Positions 13,746 through 27,250 of a stretch of 64,000 nt of DNA are shown in pieces. The notes under the pieces were generated by a model that made no database searches, had not been told where the DNA came from, and was given only the letters and a program-made list of their open reading frames with translations. A program made the translations under genes and the position numbers. Numbering within the stretch: the first letter of the stretch is position 1; each line of letters opens with the position of its first letter. The stretch lies in assembly GCA_035221665.1 (NCBI GenBank), contig CM069140.1, forward strand, positions 19,282,001-19,346,000, given 5' to 3'. Origin of the DNA: Okamejei kenojei. Taxonomy: Eukaryota.

Positions 13746-14284
13746 CTAATTAGAAAACACAAGACCAAATCTTAAAACCTTTCAATATTTACTCCAGAGT
13801 TGCACCATTGTTAAACTAAATATATTTTTCAAAGCAAGTGTGGGAGGAGACAAAATAACCTTATCAAATCCCATCATTTGCACCTTTTTGTCTTCTCCAC
13901 TTATCACCTCCAGGCATGGTCATCATCTCCACCTTTATTTCCTCCTCGCGCTTTCTCCCCCCCCCACCCCAATTTGACTCATCTGCTATTCAGCCCTACT
14001 CGACCTGGGTGCACCTACCACTTTCAAATTCTTGCCTATTCTCACTGCTTACTCCCTCTTCTACACCTTTCGTCTGAAAAAGGGTCCTGACCCAAAACAT
14101 TGTCTGCCATTTCCTTCCACAGATACTGGCTGACCTACTGAAGTTTGCCAACATTTTGTTTTTTTGCTCTAGAAACAAGGAATGGTTTGTCAAGCCTCTT
14201 GTCTGCTAAAGTTCTTGAGTGGAATTTCAGTTATGTTTAACGTAGTATAGATATAGCATAAGACATATGGTTGGCATAACACGG

Positions 14285-14585
14285 GGGTGCACAGTGGCGC
14301 AGCAGTAGAGTTGCTGCCTTACAGAGTCAGAGACCTGGGTTCGATCCTGACCACAGGTGCTGTCTGTACGGAGTTTGTATGTTCTCCTTAAGACTGCGTG
14401 GGTTTTCTCCAGGTACTCCCGTTTCCTCCCACACTCCAAAGTCGTGGAGGTTTGTAGGTTAATTTGGCTTCAGTAAAAGTTGTAAATTGTTCCTAGTGTG
14501 TGGATAGTGCGAGTATGTGGGGATCGCTGGTCGGAGCGGACTCAGTGGGCTGAAGGGCCTGTTTCTGTGCTGTATCGCTAAACAA
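14285..14585 (+). mobile_element. V-SINE (HE1-like)
   Basis: A box GTGGCGCAGCAG, B box GGTTCGATCC, V domain, CR1-like tail. Confidence 0.85.
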
Positions 14586-14589
14586 AATT

Positions 14590-15030
14590 AGAGCAGAATT
14601 AGGCCATTTGGCCCATTGAAACTACTATGCCATTCGATCATGACTGATCTGTTTTTCCCTCTCAACCCCATTCTCTTACCTTCTGTAACCTTTGACACCC
14701 TTACCAATCAAGAACATATCAGTTTCCGTTTTTCCGTTCTTTGCCTGCACAACCATCTTGTTGAAATTAATTCCACAGATTCACCACCCACTGACTAAAG
14801 AAATTCCTCCTCATCTCCATTCTAAAGATACATCTTTTTATTCTGAGGCTGTGCCTCTGTTCACAAACTTTCCCATTAATGGAAACATTCTGTCCACGTC
14901 CACTCTATCTAGTCCTTTTATTATTCAGTAGGTTTCAATTAGATCCCCCTCATCCTCCTAAATCCCTGCGTGTACAGGTCCAGAGCCATCAAACACACCT
15001 CATATGTTAACCCAATCATTCCCAGGATCA
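14590..15030 (-). mobile_element. CR1 LINE 3' fragment
   Basis: Inverted homology to 16841-17321. Confidence 0.7.
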
Positions 15031-15472
15031 TATATCTCTAACAAATCTTCACCAAATACCTTTTCTGGGAATAAGGGAATGGGCCAGAGTAAAAGCTTCA
15101 CCAGTCAAACCCCATGATCAGGCAGCATATAAATGACAGTTCAGACCAGTGGATCAGTAAGTGAGAGATACACAGTTATGTCCTGGATCACAGGTGAGTA
15201 TCAGCCATGTACATTCTCAGTTCCAGTCCAGCCCAGTTCACCTTGGCAGCATAACCACTCGAGCTCTCAGTGCAGACCATCAGTGTGAAACCCTACCCCA
15301 GCTTGATCCTATCCCTCACAAGTTCTCAAAATAGGGTACTTGCATTCAATCTGATATTAACAGAACAGAATCAAAACACATACACTTTAAAGTTGCGAGG
15401 ATTTTTACTGGTCAGGTTTGAGTTATTTCCTCCTATCCTGTAAAACTGTAAATTAATCCCCATTCAACAAAC

Positions 15473-15595
15473 CTGTAACGTTGTTGACGAGCCGACAATC
15501 TCCTGCCTCACAGCACTCGTGCACACTGCAGTACCAACTCATTATCTCCTTATAACTATCCTGGATCAAGAAGGACCAGGCCTCCAACGTGTTTG
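15473..15595 (-). CDS. TOR3A: Torsin-3A coding exon 2
   Basis: TTTAG acceptor, AG|GTTTG donor, 123 nt; WYCSVHECCEAGDCRLVNNVT, the torsin N-terminal Cys motif. Confidence 0.92.
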
Positions 15596-16670
15596 CTAAA
15601 ATAAAGGAGAAAAGGTTTTATACCAGACCAATAATGAGGTTTTTTTAAAATAAAATATTTAAACATCTTTTAAACCTTTTGATGTAATAAAGCAGTTCCA
15701 TATAATAAAATAACAGATTCTCTTGCATGAAGCAGCATTATCTGATGTTGTAGGGTGACAACTAGAGAATATCCAGGTGCCGTGTCAACATTGTGTTACA
15801 GGAGGGCTTGTGGTCTGCTTGCATGATGCATTGATGAGCTTCTACACTGTTACCAATGCAGTCTTGCTCTGCTACATTCACATGCCTGAACTCTCCTTGT
15901 ATTTAAGTATGATTGCTGAAACTTGCCAACTTCAAACTGCTATTAACAAACAAAAAACTACAGATGCTGAATAAATCAGAGAGGAGAAGGGTGGGGAGAA
16001 TAACGGAAATGATGAGGTGGTGTGCCACAGAGCCCAGATGGTACAAATGTTGTTGATGCCATCTCAGAGGGTAGTGAATACTTGTTAGATATGCATCATC
16101 GGTCTGATTGCAAGTCAGTGATGCATTAGATACTTAGGTGGACTCTACAAAGGAGAAATCAAATACAGATTGGGTAACTGCCTTGCTCTAATCAGTCTGC
16201 TAGGTTATCACTTTCATTCCCACTCTTTAGCCTCTTTCTATTTCAACAGAAGTTTGAAGAACAGCAGAAACAAGGAACTGTCGATGCCAGTTTATACAAA
16301 AGGACATAAAGTGCTGGAGTACTTCAGCGGGTTGGGCAGCATCTCTGGAGAGCGAGAAGCGTTGGATTGAGTGCAGATACCTGAAATCCAGGTTGGGTCA
16401 GTACTTGGAACCAGTGCTGGAAGTTACAAGGCACGATAGTGTTGCAGGCATCACAGGTGGCTGTGGTAGCAAGCCCATGTCACAACATGGTCGGAGAGCA
16501 AGAAATATCAGTGGGGGAGCAGTAAGAGAGGGTCTCATGGAACTCCTGTCAGAGAGAGGTGGAGAACTTATTCAAAGTAGGCATACCTTGAGGAGATTTC
16601 ACAGTGGAGCAGTCAAAATGTAGAAAAATCCTAACCCAAAACGTCACCTATCCATGTTCTCCAGATATTT

Positions 16671-17468
16671 GGGTGACACAATTGCACTGCGGTAGAGTTG
16701 CTGCCTTATAGCGCCAGAGACCCCTGTTCGATGCCGACTACAGGTGCTGTCTATAAAGTGTTTCCTCTACAGAGTTCTCCCTGTGACCACATAGGTTTTG
16801 TCCGGATGCTCCGGTTTCCTCCCACATTCCAAAGACGTGTATATAGAGGGAGTACAGAGAAGGTTCACCAGACTGATTCCTGGGATGTCAGGACTTCCAT
16901 ATGAAGAAAGACTGGATAGACTCGGCATATACTCGCTTGAATTTAGAAGATTGAGGGGGTTGGACAGGCTAGATGCAGGAAAATTGTTCCCGATGTTGGG
17001 GAAGTCTAGAATAAGGGGTCACAGTTTAAGGATAAGGGGGAAGTTTTTTAGGACCGAGATGAGAAAAACATTTTTCACACAGAGAGTGGTGAATCTCAGG
17101 AATTCTCTGCCACAGAAGGTAGTTGAGGCCAGTTCATTGGCTATATTTAAGAGGGAGTTAGATGTGGCCTTTGTGGCTAAGGGGATCAGGAGCTATGGAG
17201 AGAAGGCAGGTAAAGGATACTGAGTTGGATGATCAGCCATGATCATATTGAATGGCGGTGCAGGCTCGAAGGGCCGAATGGCCTACTCCTGCACCTATTT
17301 TCTAAGTTTCTATATTTCTATGTGTGGGTTTGAAGGTTAATTGGTTTCTGTAAAATTGTAAATTGTCCCTAGTATGTGTGTAGTTTGGTTTAGTTTAGTG
17401 TTAGTGTTTGGTGTGGACGGTGCAGACTCGGTGGGCCAAAGGGTCAGTTTCCACGCTGTCTAAGGTAA
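16671..17468 (+). mobile_element. V-SINE interrupted by a CR1 fragment, itself inside a Penelope-type repeat
   Basis: SINE head 16671-16840 resumes at ~17322; Penelope-type flanks at 16627-16667 and 17469-17512. Confidence 0.75.
16841..17321 (+). mobile_element. CR1 LINE 3' end
   Basis: EGVQRRFTRLIPGMSGLPYEERLDRLG...RGHSLRIRG...FFTQRVVNL; tail of TTTCTA-type repeats. Confidence 0.9.
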
Positions 17469-18335
17469 AGATGCTGTCTGACCCGTAGAGTTACTCCAGC
17501 ACTTTGTGTCTTTTTGAAAGACATCACCTCACCTTCCAACTCAGCATTTTGTAGCCCTCAGACCTCAATATTGAATTTGACTACTTCAGAGAACCCTTTC
17601 CCGTTGCTGTCAAGCTCTTGTAATTTTTTTCTTCCTCCACAAATTCAAATACCTGTTAAGTATTTCCAGCATTTACTGCATTTATCAAAGACAATTTTTG
17701 ATGGTTAACTATGCTGGATGAGAAGAGCTGTAGTTCTGGTGCCACATTTACATGTTGAGGTGAGGCAGCAACAACACAGGCTGGGTTTTCATATCTATCA
17801 CTGGAAATGCACCAAAGCTCAGTGTCAGAGGATTAGTCTCATGGGCTTTAAAGTGCAGCATGCCCCTATGGGGAATCTGTGCCGAGGAAAGTGACAGAGG
17901 AATTCAATGCAAGCTTTAGCACCTGGACAACTGACACAACGAGCATTTTATGCATTTTTAATGAACAACATACAAGCAAAACATATTACAAGGTGTCAAA
18001 TTGTTTGAATCTTGCATTTCCAACTGACCGACTGACTTCACTACCTTGGAATCCTTTCATGTGACTTCCTTTAAGATGTGTGTTGTCTTTTATAAATTCT
18101 CAGCTGGATCTCGCCACGAAACGTCACCCACTTCTTCTCCATTTCATGTCTATCTTCAGTGAATAACCAGCATCTGCAGTTCCTTCCTACCCAAATTTGA
18201 ATTATTCCATTGTCAGGAATTCGTACACATCTATATTTTGCTCCTAAATACACACTTTCTCACATAAACCACTCAAATCAGTTTGTATACCTGAATTCCG
18301 TTATTTTCCAATTACATCCTTTGTATTTTACTCAC

Positions 18336-18501
18336 CATTCATTGAGAAGTCTGTCAAATGTTCAGTCTTACAGTCAGAGTTCCAGATTTGTCCAGGAATA
18401 AAATGAAAAATCTCTGAAAATGTTCCCAGCTGCTGCTGGATCATGTTTCCCTTCACCCTTTGCAACCACCAGCAGAACAACAGAAACCACTGGAGATTCA
18501 T
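18336..18501 (-). CDS. TOR3A: Torsin-3A coding exon 1 (signal-peptide-like N-terminus)
   Basis: ATG at 18501; MNLQWFLLFCWWLQRVKG...FSMN; donor G|GTGAGT; 166 nt, phase 1 fits the next exon. Confidence 0.8.
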
Positions 18502-20819
18502 TGAGGACGCAGCAAGAGCTGAACAGCAGAGGTTGGGGGTGGGATTAGGGACAGGAAGAGTAGCGGAAAACTTTCACTGCCTAAGTATTTCATTCTTAGT
18601 TAATATTTAGCTTTACTTCACATTATTGTCCACGTGGACTGCCACAATCAGGCTGGTGACCTTAACAAGCCAGGCAGTCTTCCAACTTATTGAAGCAATA
18701 AACTAGTGTTTGAGGGAAAAGAGACTTCAGTCTGGGGCAAAATACAAATTTCTTGATGAACTCTGAGTACAGCGGCATCTTGGCGGGGAGGAATTATTGA
18801 TTTTCGGGTTGAGACCCTGCATTAAGACTACGTGCGGACTTGATAGATAGCCAGTATTATGAGGGGAAATGGCGATACAGGAGGGGAGGTGAGAAGGGGG
18901 TGAAGTTCTCACTGCCACACCTTTTGAATTTTGGAGTCTGTTCAAGCATTTTTTTTAAATCTAAATTTCCATTATTCACTTACAACTTACTAATGCAAGT
19001 TTCACTTACTTTTCAGCAGGATCATTAAGCAGCTATCAGAAGTGGGCTTCCATATGTTTTCGCTCCCAGAATGTTTCCAGAATGCCACATTTACCGATGA
19101 AATTAGCAGGGAGCTGTTTACATGAAACCAGACAATTTTTTGAGACAGTAAACAGTGTCACAGGAGGATGTCAGTTAATTGTTCTAATTCATGAGCTGCA
19201 CAAGACACCAAGTGTGACTAAGGATGTGGGTTGTGTGCTTTGTAACCGATGGCATGCGAGTGGAGAGCAGCAGAGAAGACAGCGAGTCTAACATCATGGA
19301 ACAGATTATGTGTACTCTGCAGCTTAAATGGAGAAATATCCCATTGATGTGAATATTGCACAGAATGGGACGCATCACACTGGATGGTACACTTTTTGGA
19401 CAGTAGCTAGGCCAGAGGAACACTTGCTACTAAATATTACAATGGAGCAGAACTTCAAGGAATACATATTACATCAGGGATTTTCCAGCTAAACATGTAG
19501 GGAGATATTAGTGTCTGCTAAAGCTAAATTCAAAAAACATGTTTGCCTTTGTTGCCGATAAGGCTCCATTCTGCAATTCAGACACAAAAAAAGCAGTTGG
19601 CCCATCCGAGCTCCAAATGATTCCAACAAATGAGATGCATTTTAACAAGAATTCAGTGAGTTCATGGTCAGAAAAACATCAAGATTCACCTCATCCTGGC
19701 AGTCTGCTGTCTATTCAGCGACTCTTACAGTTTTCATCTCCCTGCTCTATCCACAACTACAACTTGTGTTGCTCGCTTTTTGAATGCAAGAACTACTTCC
19801 TGAGACCCAACCATAATATTTGATTAATTTGGATTTCTACATTCTGTAGGACAAAAGATAGTAATTTCCCAAATGTGTAGGAAAGAACTTCAGATGCTGG
19901 TTTAAATCGAAGGGTCTTAACTCAAAACGTCACCCATTCCTTCTCTCCAGAGATGCTGTCTGACACGCTGAGTTACTCCAGCATTTTGTGTCTATCTTTA
20001 ATTTCCAAGATGTTCTCAATATTAGTGATTATCTCACATATCTCCAAGGCCATCTTTCAGACACTTTCCCCAAGGCTGAAAAGCCTCCCTCTGATTCTTT
20101 CCTGCACAATCATGAATCTTATGCTTTGATAAATTGACCTGGATGCTAAGGGTCAGTCAGCGCATGGACAATCTGAGCGTAACTTCTTCCGACCTGAATT
20201 TTGCTGCTTTGTTCAACATGGGTCAACATCCTTTTAACTTTAGTGTTGCTTATCAATTGGACATTATGAGCATCATTCACCAAGGCTCCCATTTCCATCA
20301 ACTTCATTCTCAGCTTTTTATTTGTTCATTGAACATGAGCATTGCATGTAAGGCTTTAATGCTAAAGAATTTGTGTATAAGGATCTTCCAAAATGGTACG
20401 TCACCAAGTTGGTGGACCTAGTCACATATAAAGAAGACCAGCTAAGAACTGATTCTCCACATGGTCCTGGCTGATTCTTATCCCTCAAGCATTATCACAT
20501 TGGCCTTTGTGGGATGTCCGTTCCTCAAGGAGTCTAACAAATGAGATGCATTTTAACAAGATTTCAGTAAGTTCACAGTCATTCCAGATTTACTCGAATT
20601 TAAATTCCCCAGCTGCCATGCCACATGTGAATGGTCTAGATAATAGACAGTAACACCCACCATGCTACCGCACTCCATTGGTGAAGAATGCACACTAAAC
20701 CTCTCCCATGGGCCACTTTTTGTTCCAATATAAAGCACTTCACATTTGTCCTTAGTGAATTTCATCCTTCATTGCCCTTCCCATTTGTAAATGTTGAATT
20801 CATGGCAAAAATAATGAGC

Positions 20820-21098
20820 TTTAGTTTAGTTTAGAGATAGTGTGGAAACAGGCCCTTCAGCCCACCAAGTCTGTGCCAACCAGCAATCACCCTGTATACT
20901 AGTTCTATCCTACACACTAGGGGCAATTTACAGAACCAATTAACTTAAAAACTTGCACGTCTTTGGAGTTTGTGAGAAAACCGGATCATCCGGGGAGAAC
21001 CCACGCGGTCACTGGGAGAGCGTACAAACTCTGTACACACAGCATCTGTAGTCAGATGGGCCTCTGGTGCTGTTAGGCAGCAAATCTACCACTGCACT
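20820..21098 (-). mobile_element. V-SINE (HE1-like), diverged
   Basis: Homology to the other SINE copies; (TTTAG)n tail. Confidence 0.8.
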
Positions 21099-21849
21099 GC
21101 CCTTATGATTCTACTGCTTGGAGGCCGGCTCTTCAATGGGACCCAACTACAGGTGCTGGGTTCAGGTCGGATCAGGCCATCTGTGTTGTCTGATGAATCA
21201 TTCAGGTTTGGGTCAGGTGGGACCGTGATGTGCTGGTCCAGTTCTATCATTTATGCAGGTCAGTATGATTCGCTTTGTATTATCGTAGGCACGTTGCTGT
21301 GAGATTATTATATTTGCAGCCATGGTGGGATTGGATTGGGTATGGAAATAGTTACAAGTACTCCGGGTTGGATTGGTGAATTAGGGCTAGGTTTCATTTG
21401 CATTTTTAATTTTACATCAGAGCAGATCTCAATTACAGTCCCTCTTAGTTTGTATCAGATCCACATGCAACTGATTTGTACTCCGCTTCTGAAAAACAGT
21501 GACAAATGCAAATTAGAAAGTGATGGCTTCAGTGAAATATCCAGGCCAACAAACTCCGTTAATTAATATTTGCTTTCTAAAGATCACATTTTTGTCATTC
21601 ATTTGCACGATTTACCATAAAACCCTCCCAGCTACACAATTAAGAAATAGTCTTTCGATTGCAACTTTGTCAAAGGCCTTGGTAAATATGAGAAGATGGG
21701 CATATCACATAATAACTCATGAAGGCCATTTGTGAATTACTTGCTTAAAGTCAAGGTGGTGGCTTCGGCGAGGTTTTCTCTTCCCAGATCCACTTTAACT
21801 GCTGTTTGTGAAATACCTGATACTATTCGAGGAATTAACAATGGGCATG

Positions 21850-21960
21850 ACTGCCGGGAAAACTTTCCTGCTCTTCTTTAAAGCAGTGCAATGGAACCTC
21901 TTCAATCCATTTCAAAGAGCAAATTGGTCCAGACTTCAGTTTAACGCCTCTTTCTCAGGA
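21850..21960 (-). mobile_element. Old DeuSINE-like remnant
   Basis: Minus strand GAGGCGTTAAACTGAAG...CCATTGCACTGCTTTAAAGAAGAGCAGGAAAG resembles the Deu domain (from recall). Confidence 0.45.
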
Positions 21961-22109
21961 GGTTTGTACTAAATGCGCAATACCAAGGAAACAGTCGAAA
22001 GGCAAACCTTTCAGGGGTAAGGAAGGCCCACTTCTGGTTAGCTAAGATCTGTTAGCTATGATTGGTGAAACTTGGAACTTTCTCAAACAATCATCTATAG
22101 ACCCTAGGT

Positions 22110-22294
22110 AGACAAAAATGCTGGTGAAACAGCATCTATAGAGTGAAGGAATAGGTGACTTTTCGGGTCCCGACCCTTCTTCAGACTGGAAGCGTCACCT
22201 ATTCCTTTGCTCCATAGATGCTGCCTCACCCTCTGTGTTTCTCCAGCAATTTTGTCTACCTTCGATTTTTCTGGCATCTGCAGTTCTGAAACAT
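22110..22294. mobile_element. Inverted Penelope-pLTR mini element with TSD
   Basis: Head-to-head arms around the hammerhead core; CCTAGGT duplicated at 22103-22109 and 22295-22301. Confidence 0.7.
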
Positions 22295-22863
22295 CCTAGG
22301 TCAATTATTAACTAGTTGAGTTGAGTATTGTCATGTGTACCAAGGTACAGTGAAAACCTCTTTTATCGTAACAAGAGAAATCTCCTCCACGCATCCCCCC
22401 CCCCCCCCCCCCCCCAACCCCATCCACAAACTTGGTGATCTCCTCCTAAACCCATCTTAGAGTAGCAAGCACATCTCCATACATACCTTTCCTCTCCACA
22501 TTGGCTCTAAAAATCCAATCTCAATTTCCCTATTTCTGGATGATGTCTTTCACCAGCTTGGTATCTGAATGCATGCTGTTAACATCCGGGATGCTGAAGG
22601 AAAATGTTTTGAACACGTTAGTTCCCAACATTTTAGAGTTTTTTTGATGATACCGGTTCATGCAACTATGTGTGTGACATAAGAAAATGCACCAAATGTA
22701 CATGCTTTGTATGCAGAGATAGTGATTATGATTTTTTACGAGTTTTCAATGCCAGGAGTATTGGTCAAATTTCAAATAAATTTCTAAAATTTGTAAGTTT
22801 GACTTAATTCAAATATTAGGGTATCCTTTCTATTGTGAATATTTAGATCAACATATCAGAGAC

Positions 22864-25800
22864 TTTATTATATTTACATTGGTTTATTAAATCTTTACAA
22901 TCAGAACTAATCACAGTAATCAAATGCAGAAATATGTACAATGATCATATCTACAAAATTAACCAGATCCTTTTACATCACAGTTTACATTTTACAGATG
23001 TCCACTTTATTTACAGGGTTTTCCTGTGGTGCATTACACCATTTATGTTATTGAAAGACATGGACTCAAGCATCCGCTGTGCAAATTCTACAGTCTGATT
23101 AACACAGAATGCCACAACCACAATGAAGGAACAGGTCCCAAAGTTAAATTTAATTTCAATTCAAATTAAAATCTCTCAGAAAAGAAAATACATATCTATT
23201 TTTTTTAGTACTGTACTAAATTTCCCTTTCTTAAAAAAATAAGTTTTACATTTTGAATGCCTTGTTCGCGTATTTTTAATGTTGACATGAAACTGATATT
23301 TCTCGTGTGATTTTAAATCAGGGTGATGTGAAAAAAATAAATCCAACACCACCAGATGGACTTCAAAATCAATGAGCTAATTAATACATATTTTCAACAC
23401 AGCATTAGCCAATGAGTTGGAGGTGAATAGACCATATGACACAAAATAAGTCTATTGAACAGCAGGTTCTCACTAAACGGAGAATAAAGAACAAACTTAA
23501 CCAATGTCTCCCTGTAAAACCAAGATACTTTCTCCAGGAAACGTGCTCCAAATGAATGATTGTTTGACATAGGTTATATTTATTAAATCACTCAGTTAAA
23601 ACAGTGTGGTCGCCAACCTTAAGTGACAGTGGAGTTGTCGGATAATCTTCACTTTGCCGAGCTATAGTGTTATCATCAATTGCAGCCTTAAATAACAAAA
23701 ATACCTGCCACTGTAAATCCAAATACAAAATAAAATATTGGAAATGTTCAGCAGCATTAGTTGAGAGACAGAAACAGTTGATATTATAAAAAGCTATGCT
23801 CGACTTTAAATATTAGTTGCTTTTTTTCCCCTCTATAAAGGTGTTGACTGACATGCCAAGGGGCTTTTGGTATTTTTCAGCTTTTTATAAAACCAGTAAT
23901 TAGCTTTTAATTAATTAAGTTCTTTGGTTTGAAAGTTCAATAGAGCTCATATATGCCATGTAAAAGCCTGCAAAACAATCCTACACCCTTTGAAACTTTT
24001 GGTTGAGAATGGACATGTCAACATTGAGCTGTTTTGTAAATGTTCAGTCAATATGGTAAATCATCTGAAATATTACCATAGCCGTTGCACGCTCCCCATG
24101 CTGCACAAAACATAGGAGCACATCGGCATATTGCTTCACCATGAAGTCAAAAAGTTGCAATGCAAAGGCAATAAAACTGCTTACTTATCTTCCCCTTCCA
24201 TTAAAACAAAATACATTTTAGTTCCTAATTTTTTCAGTTAATGATTCAGCAATTTAATTATTGCAATTGCACTTGGAGTCATTCAATCTGGACTGTACAG
24301 AAATAGCTAACTTTAAAAAAAAAAATCACTTTCTAATAATCTTCTAATAATTGCAATATTTGGGTCAGCAAAGTAACATCTAAGTGTACACCTGCAACAT
24401 TCAGCAGCATATACGCAAAAGCTCTCTATATCTGCAGAATACCTGCTCCAAATTATAGTGGAATTATGAAATTTAACAGGTTTCAAAATTTGTCAACATC
24501 AATCATAATGTTATATAATAATGAACAGTAATATACAGCATTCTTAGACACTGAAATTATACACAAATGGTGGTTTATGGAGACCATCATCTGATACTGA
24601 AAAATAGTAATATAGAGGTTTTCAACTCTGTGAAACAAAAACCCAGCTTTCAGAATGATCCATTGCAGTCTTATCTTTGAGAACTGCAGGAGCATTTCTT
24701 CACCCTGACAAAAGTACAAGTTTTGAGTGATCAAGTATCTGAACAGTAACGAAAATGCCTCTGATAGTGTGCGAATTAGGCTTATTAATGATTCATAAAG
24801 ATGTGCATATTTTGCCATGTGCTAAGATGACTCCGTTCATAAATCATGCACATTGCCTATCCCCAAAAAATCTTAATGTACTCTACATGACAAAGCCACA
24901 ACATTAAACATCAGAAAACAATGTTTGCCATGCAGATGACATTCAATATTTTGAACTAAACTCCAAATACTGCTAACTCTTAAAAATGTCAAACATTCTT
25001 TGAGTTTGGAAAAAAAATGAGTAGCAGTTCAAAAGTGAACTCTAACATTTCGGGATTTTCTACCAAATGTATTTGCTTTGCCCCAAAGTTTAACTGTTTG
25101 CAGAGAATTATAAAGATTATAGAGTACACTGAAGTACAAGATTTACCAGTGTACTCTGTATCAGTAAAACTAATTTGTTAGAGAGGTGAAAATAGATCCA
25201 TGAAACAACCGTGCACCTTTTTAAAACAGTAAATCAATATTTTCTTTCCTCTCTTCACACCTTGGTGGGGATACACCCTGCAAGTGCTCTCCAGTTACGA
25301 ACCCTTTATCAAATAACTATTTCCTACTGGCATCCAGTCAGCGCCAGGTAGTCAAATGACCATTGAACATCTGCGTGCCTTTGCTCAAACAAAAAGTCAA
25401 TCCAGATACCTGATGGATCAACGCAGACATTCTCCTCAAGTAATATTAACCTGACGGACTTCCACATGGAGGAAGCACTCTGGCTGATGCTTCTTTTGCC
25501 TGGACTAGCGACAATGAAATGAACTGGTCTATTGCAACTGAACTTAACTGATTCGGCAACACAACTGAAATCTAGATTACACTACTCAGTAGCACACAAG
25601 ACTGAACACTTATTAACCAAACTATGTTATCCAAAAACATAGTAAGAGAACAAGTAACACCAACTTCTATTTATATAGTCATTTTAACGCAAACCTATGT
25701 ATATAGCGACTTTAAGACAGTAAAACATCGCAAGGCACTTAATGGGAGCACAAATCGAACAATGACACATGTTCAGTAATTAATTGTTTCTAGATTTGGG

Positions 25801-27250
25801 ATAGTGTTGCGTCACTATGAAGGGCATTTAAAGTGGTGCAAATGAACTACATAATCCACAGCACCGCATCCCACAGCTATTAGAATGGTAGGGCTATATG
25901 ATAAATAATACTTAAGGAGTTCCATCAAATCAGATCGGAAAACAGTTTAAAATTCTATGGATCTACAAAATAATGCTTAAAGGAGGAAACATTCAACAGG
26001 TAAAATTACAGAGGAAAGTCTCTGACATAAATATTCCTGCAGATTGCACACTAATCCATAATGTTGTGACCGCCTGAAAAGGTTCACAAACATTAGGCAA
26101 TTTTTGTTATACACTAAGATTGGGCTTCCCCAAACTACTGGTCTAAAATAATATTCCATTACGTACTCCATGCCTTACACAATTCAATTAATTTTTTTAT
26201 AAAACATAAAAATACTGCTGTTATAACTTTCATCCAAAATGATCTTAGAAATGATTCCTGTTTACAGTATTAACTAATGTAGAGCTGCTGCTAACCATAA
26301 CCTTTTTACAAGATTAACCCTGTCATCTGATATCAATGCTGTAACTGGACTTGGATTCAGCAGCAGTTATTCAGTTAACAGCTATAGGGCAGAAATATCT
26401 AATAAATGGACCAGATTTGAGAGATCTGATATCCACAAAAGGGTCAAAATCAGTGCCCCTGCGGTGGTCATTTGCTTGAATGCTGCATAGGTCGGCTGTT
26501 ATCCCTGCAAAATATATAATGGAAGATAGCAAACTTGTAAAGGTTTAGGAGTGGGATGGAGGGATATGGTCAGTCAGGACAGAACAAAATAAAAATTAGT
26601 ATGTAGTTATTATTTTTTTTTAACCACAAGTTCCAGTGTCTGACGACACTGGATCCCATTTGAGATAGTGCTGAAAATACTTCATAATAAATTTCATTGC
26701 TGCAAGCAGTTTTGTCAAGAATGATTTTCTGATGAAAAGCAAAAAATAGCTAAAATCATATTTCAGTAATTATAGATATTTTAAAAATAAATTAAGCAGC
26801 TGTGTGTTTTAATCTGGCGATTGGCGGTCAGCTTGTAATCAAACAGTGGATGAATGCTACAGAATTTTGTGGTTTTAAAACCTGCAGTAATATAATAAGA
26901 TTAGTTTGCAACAGTGAAAGAGTGTGCGTGTGAATGGATGAGGAGGGAAAGGTAGAAAATAATCCGATGCAAGTTCTCTCAACCCTGGCACATTTCTCTC
27001 AGCCTGAGGTATGCTGTTTCAGGAATACCGTTTATCGGAGCGGCATCTTCAGATGAAACAGGTTGAAGAGATGGTCAGTAAATTGTAGGCCCTTCCCCAC
27101 ATTTGAAGGTTGATACAAATCAAAGAGACAGATCGGCACATTCTTCCAATTGTTCAGGGAATGTCTCTGGGCGCAATTACGCCCAGTTCACCTGGGGGGG
27201 GGGGGGGGGGGGAAGGAGGAAAATCGCATCGTACAAATGTATGACCGCGG
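22864..27250 (-). other. EDEM3: Probable long EDEM3 3' UTR with poly(A) signals
   Basis: About 4.4 kb AT-rich stretch with no recognisable repeats after the stop; minus-strand AATAAA at 22883-22888 and 22864-22869. Confidence 0.55.

Noticed and set aside
14290-14360. tRNA gene
   Set aside because: The A/B boxes belong to a SINE head; no full cloverleaf.
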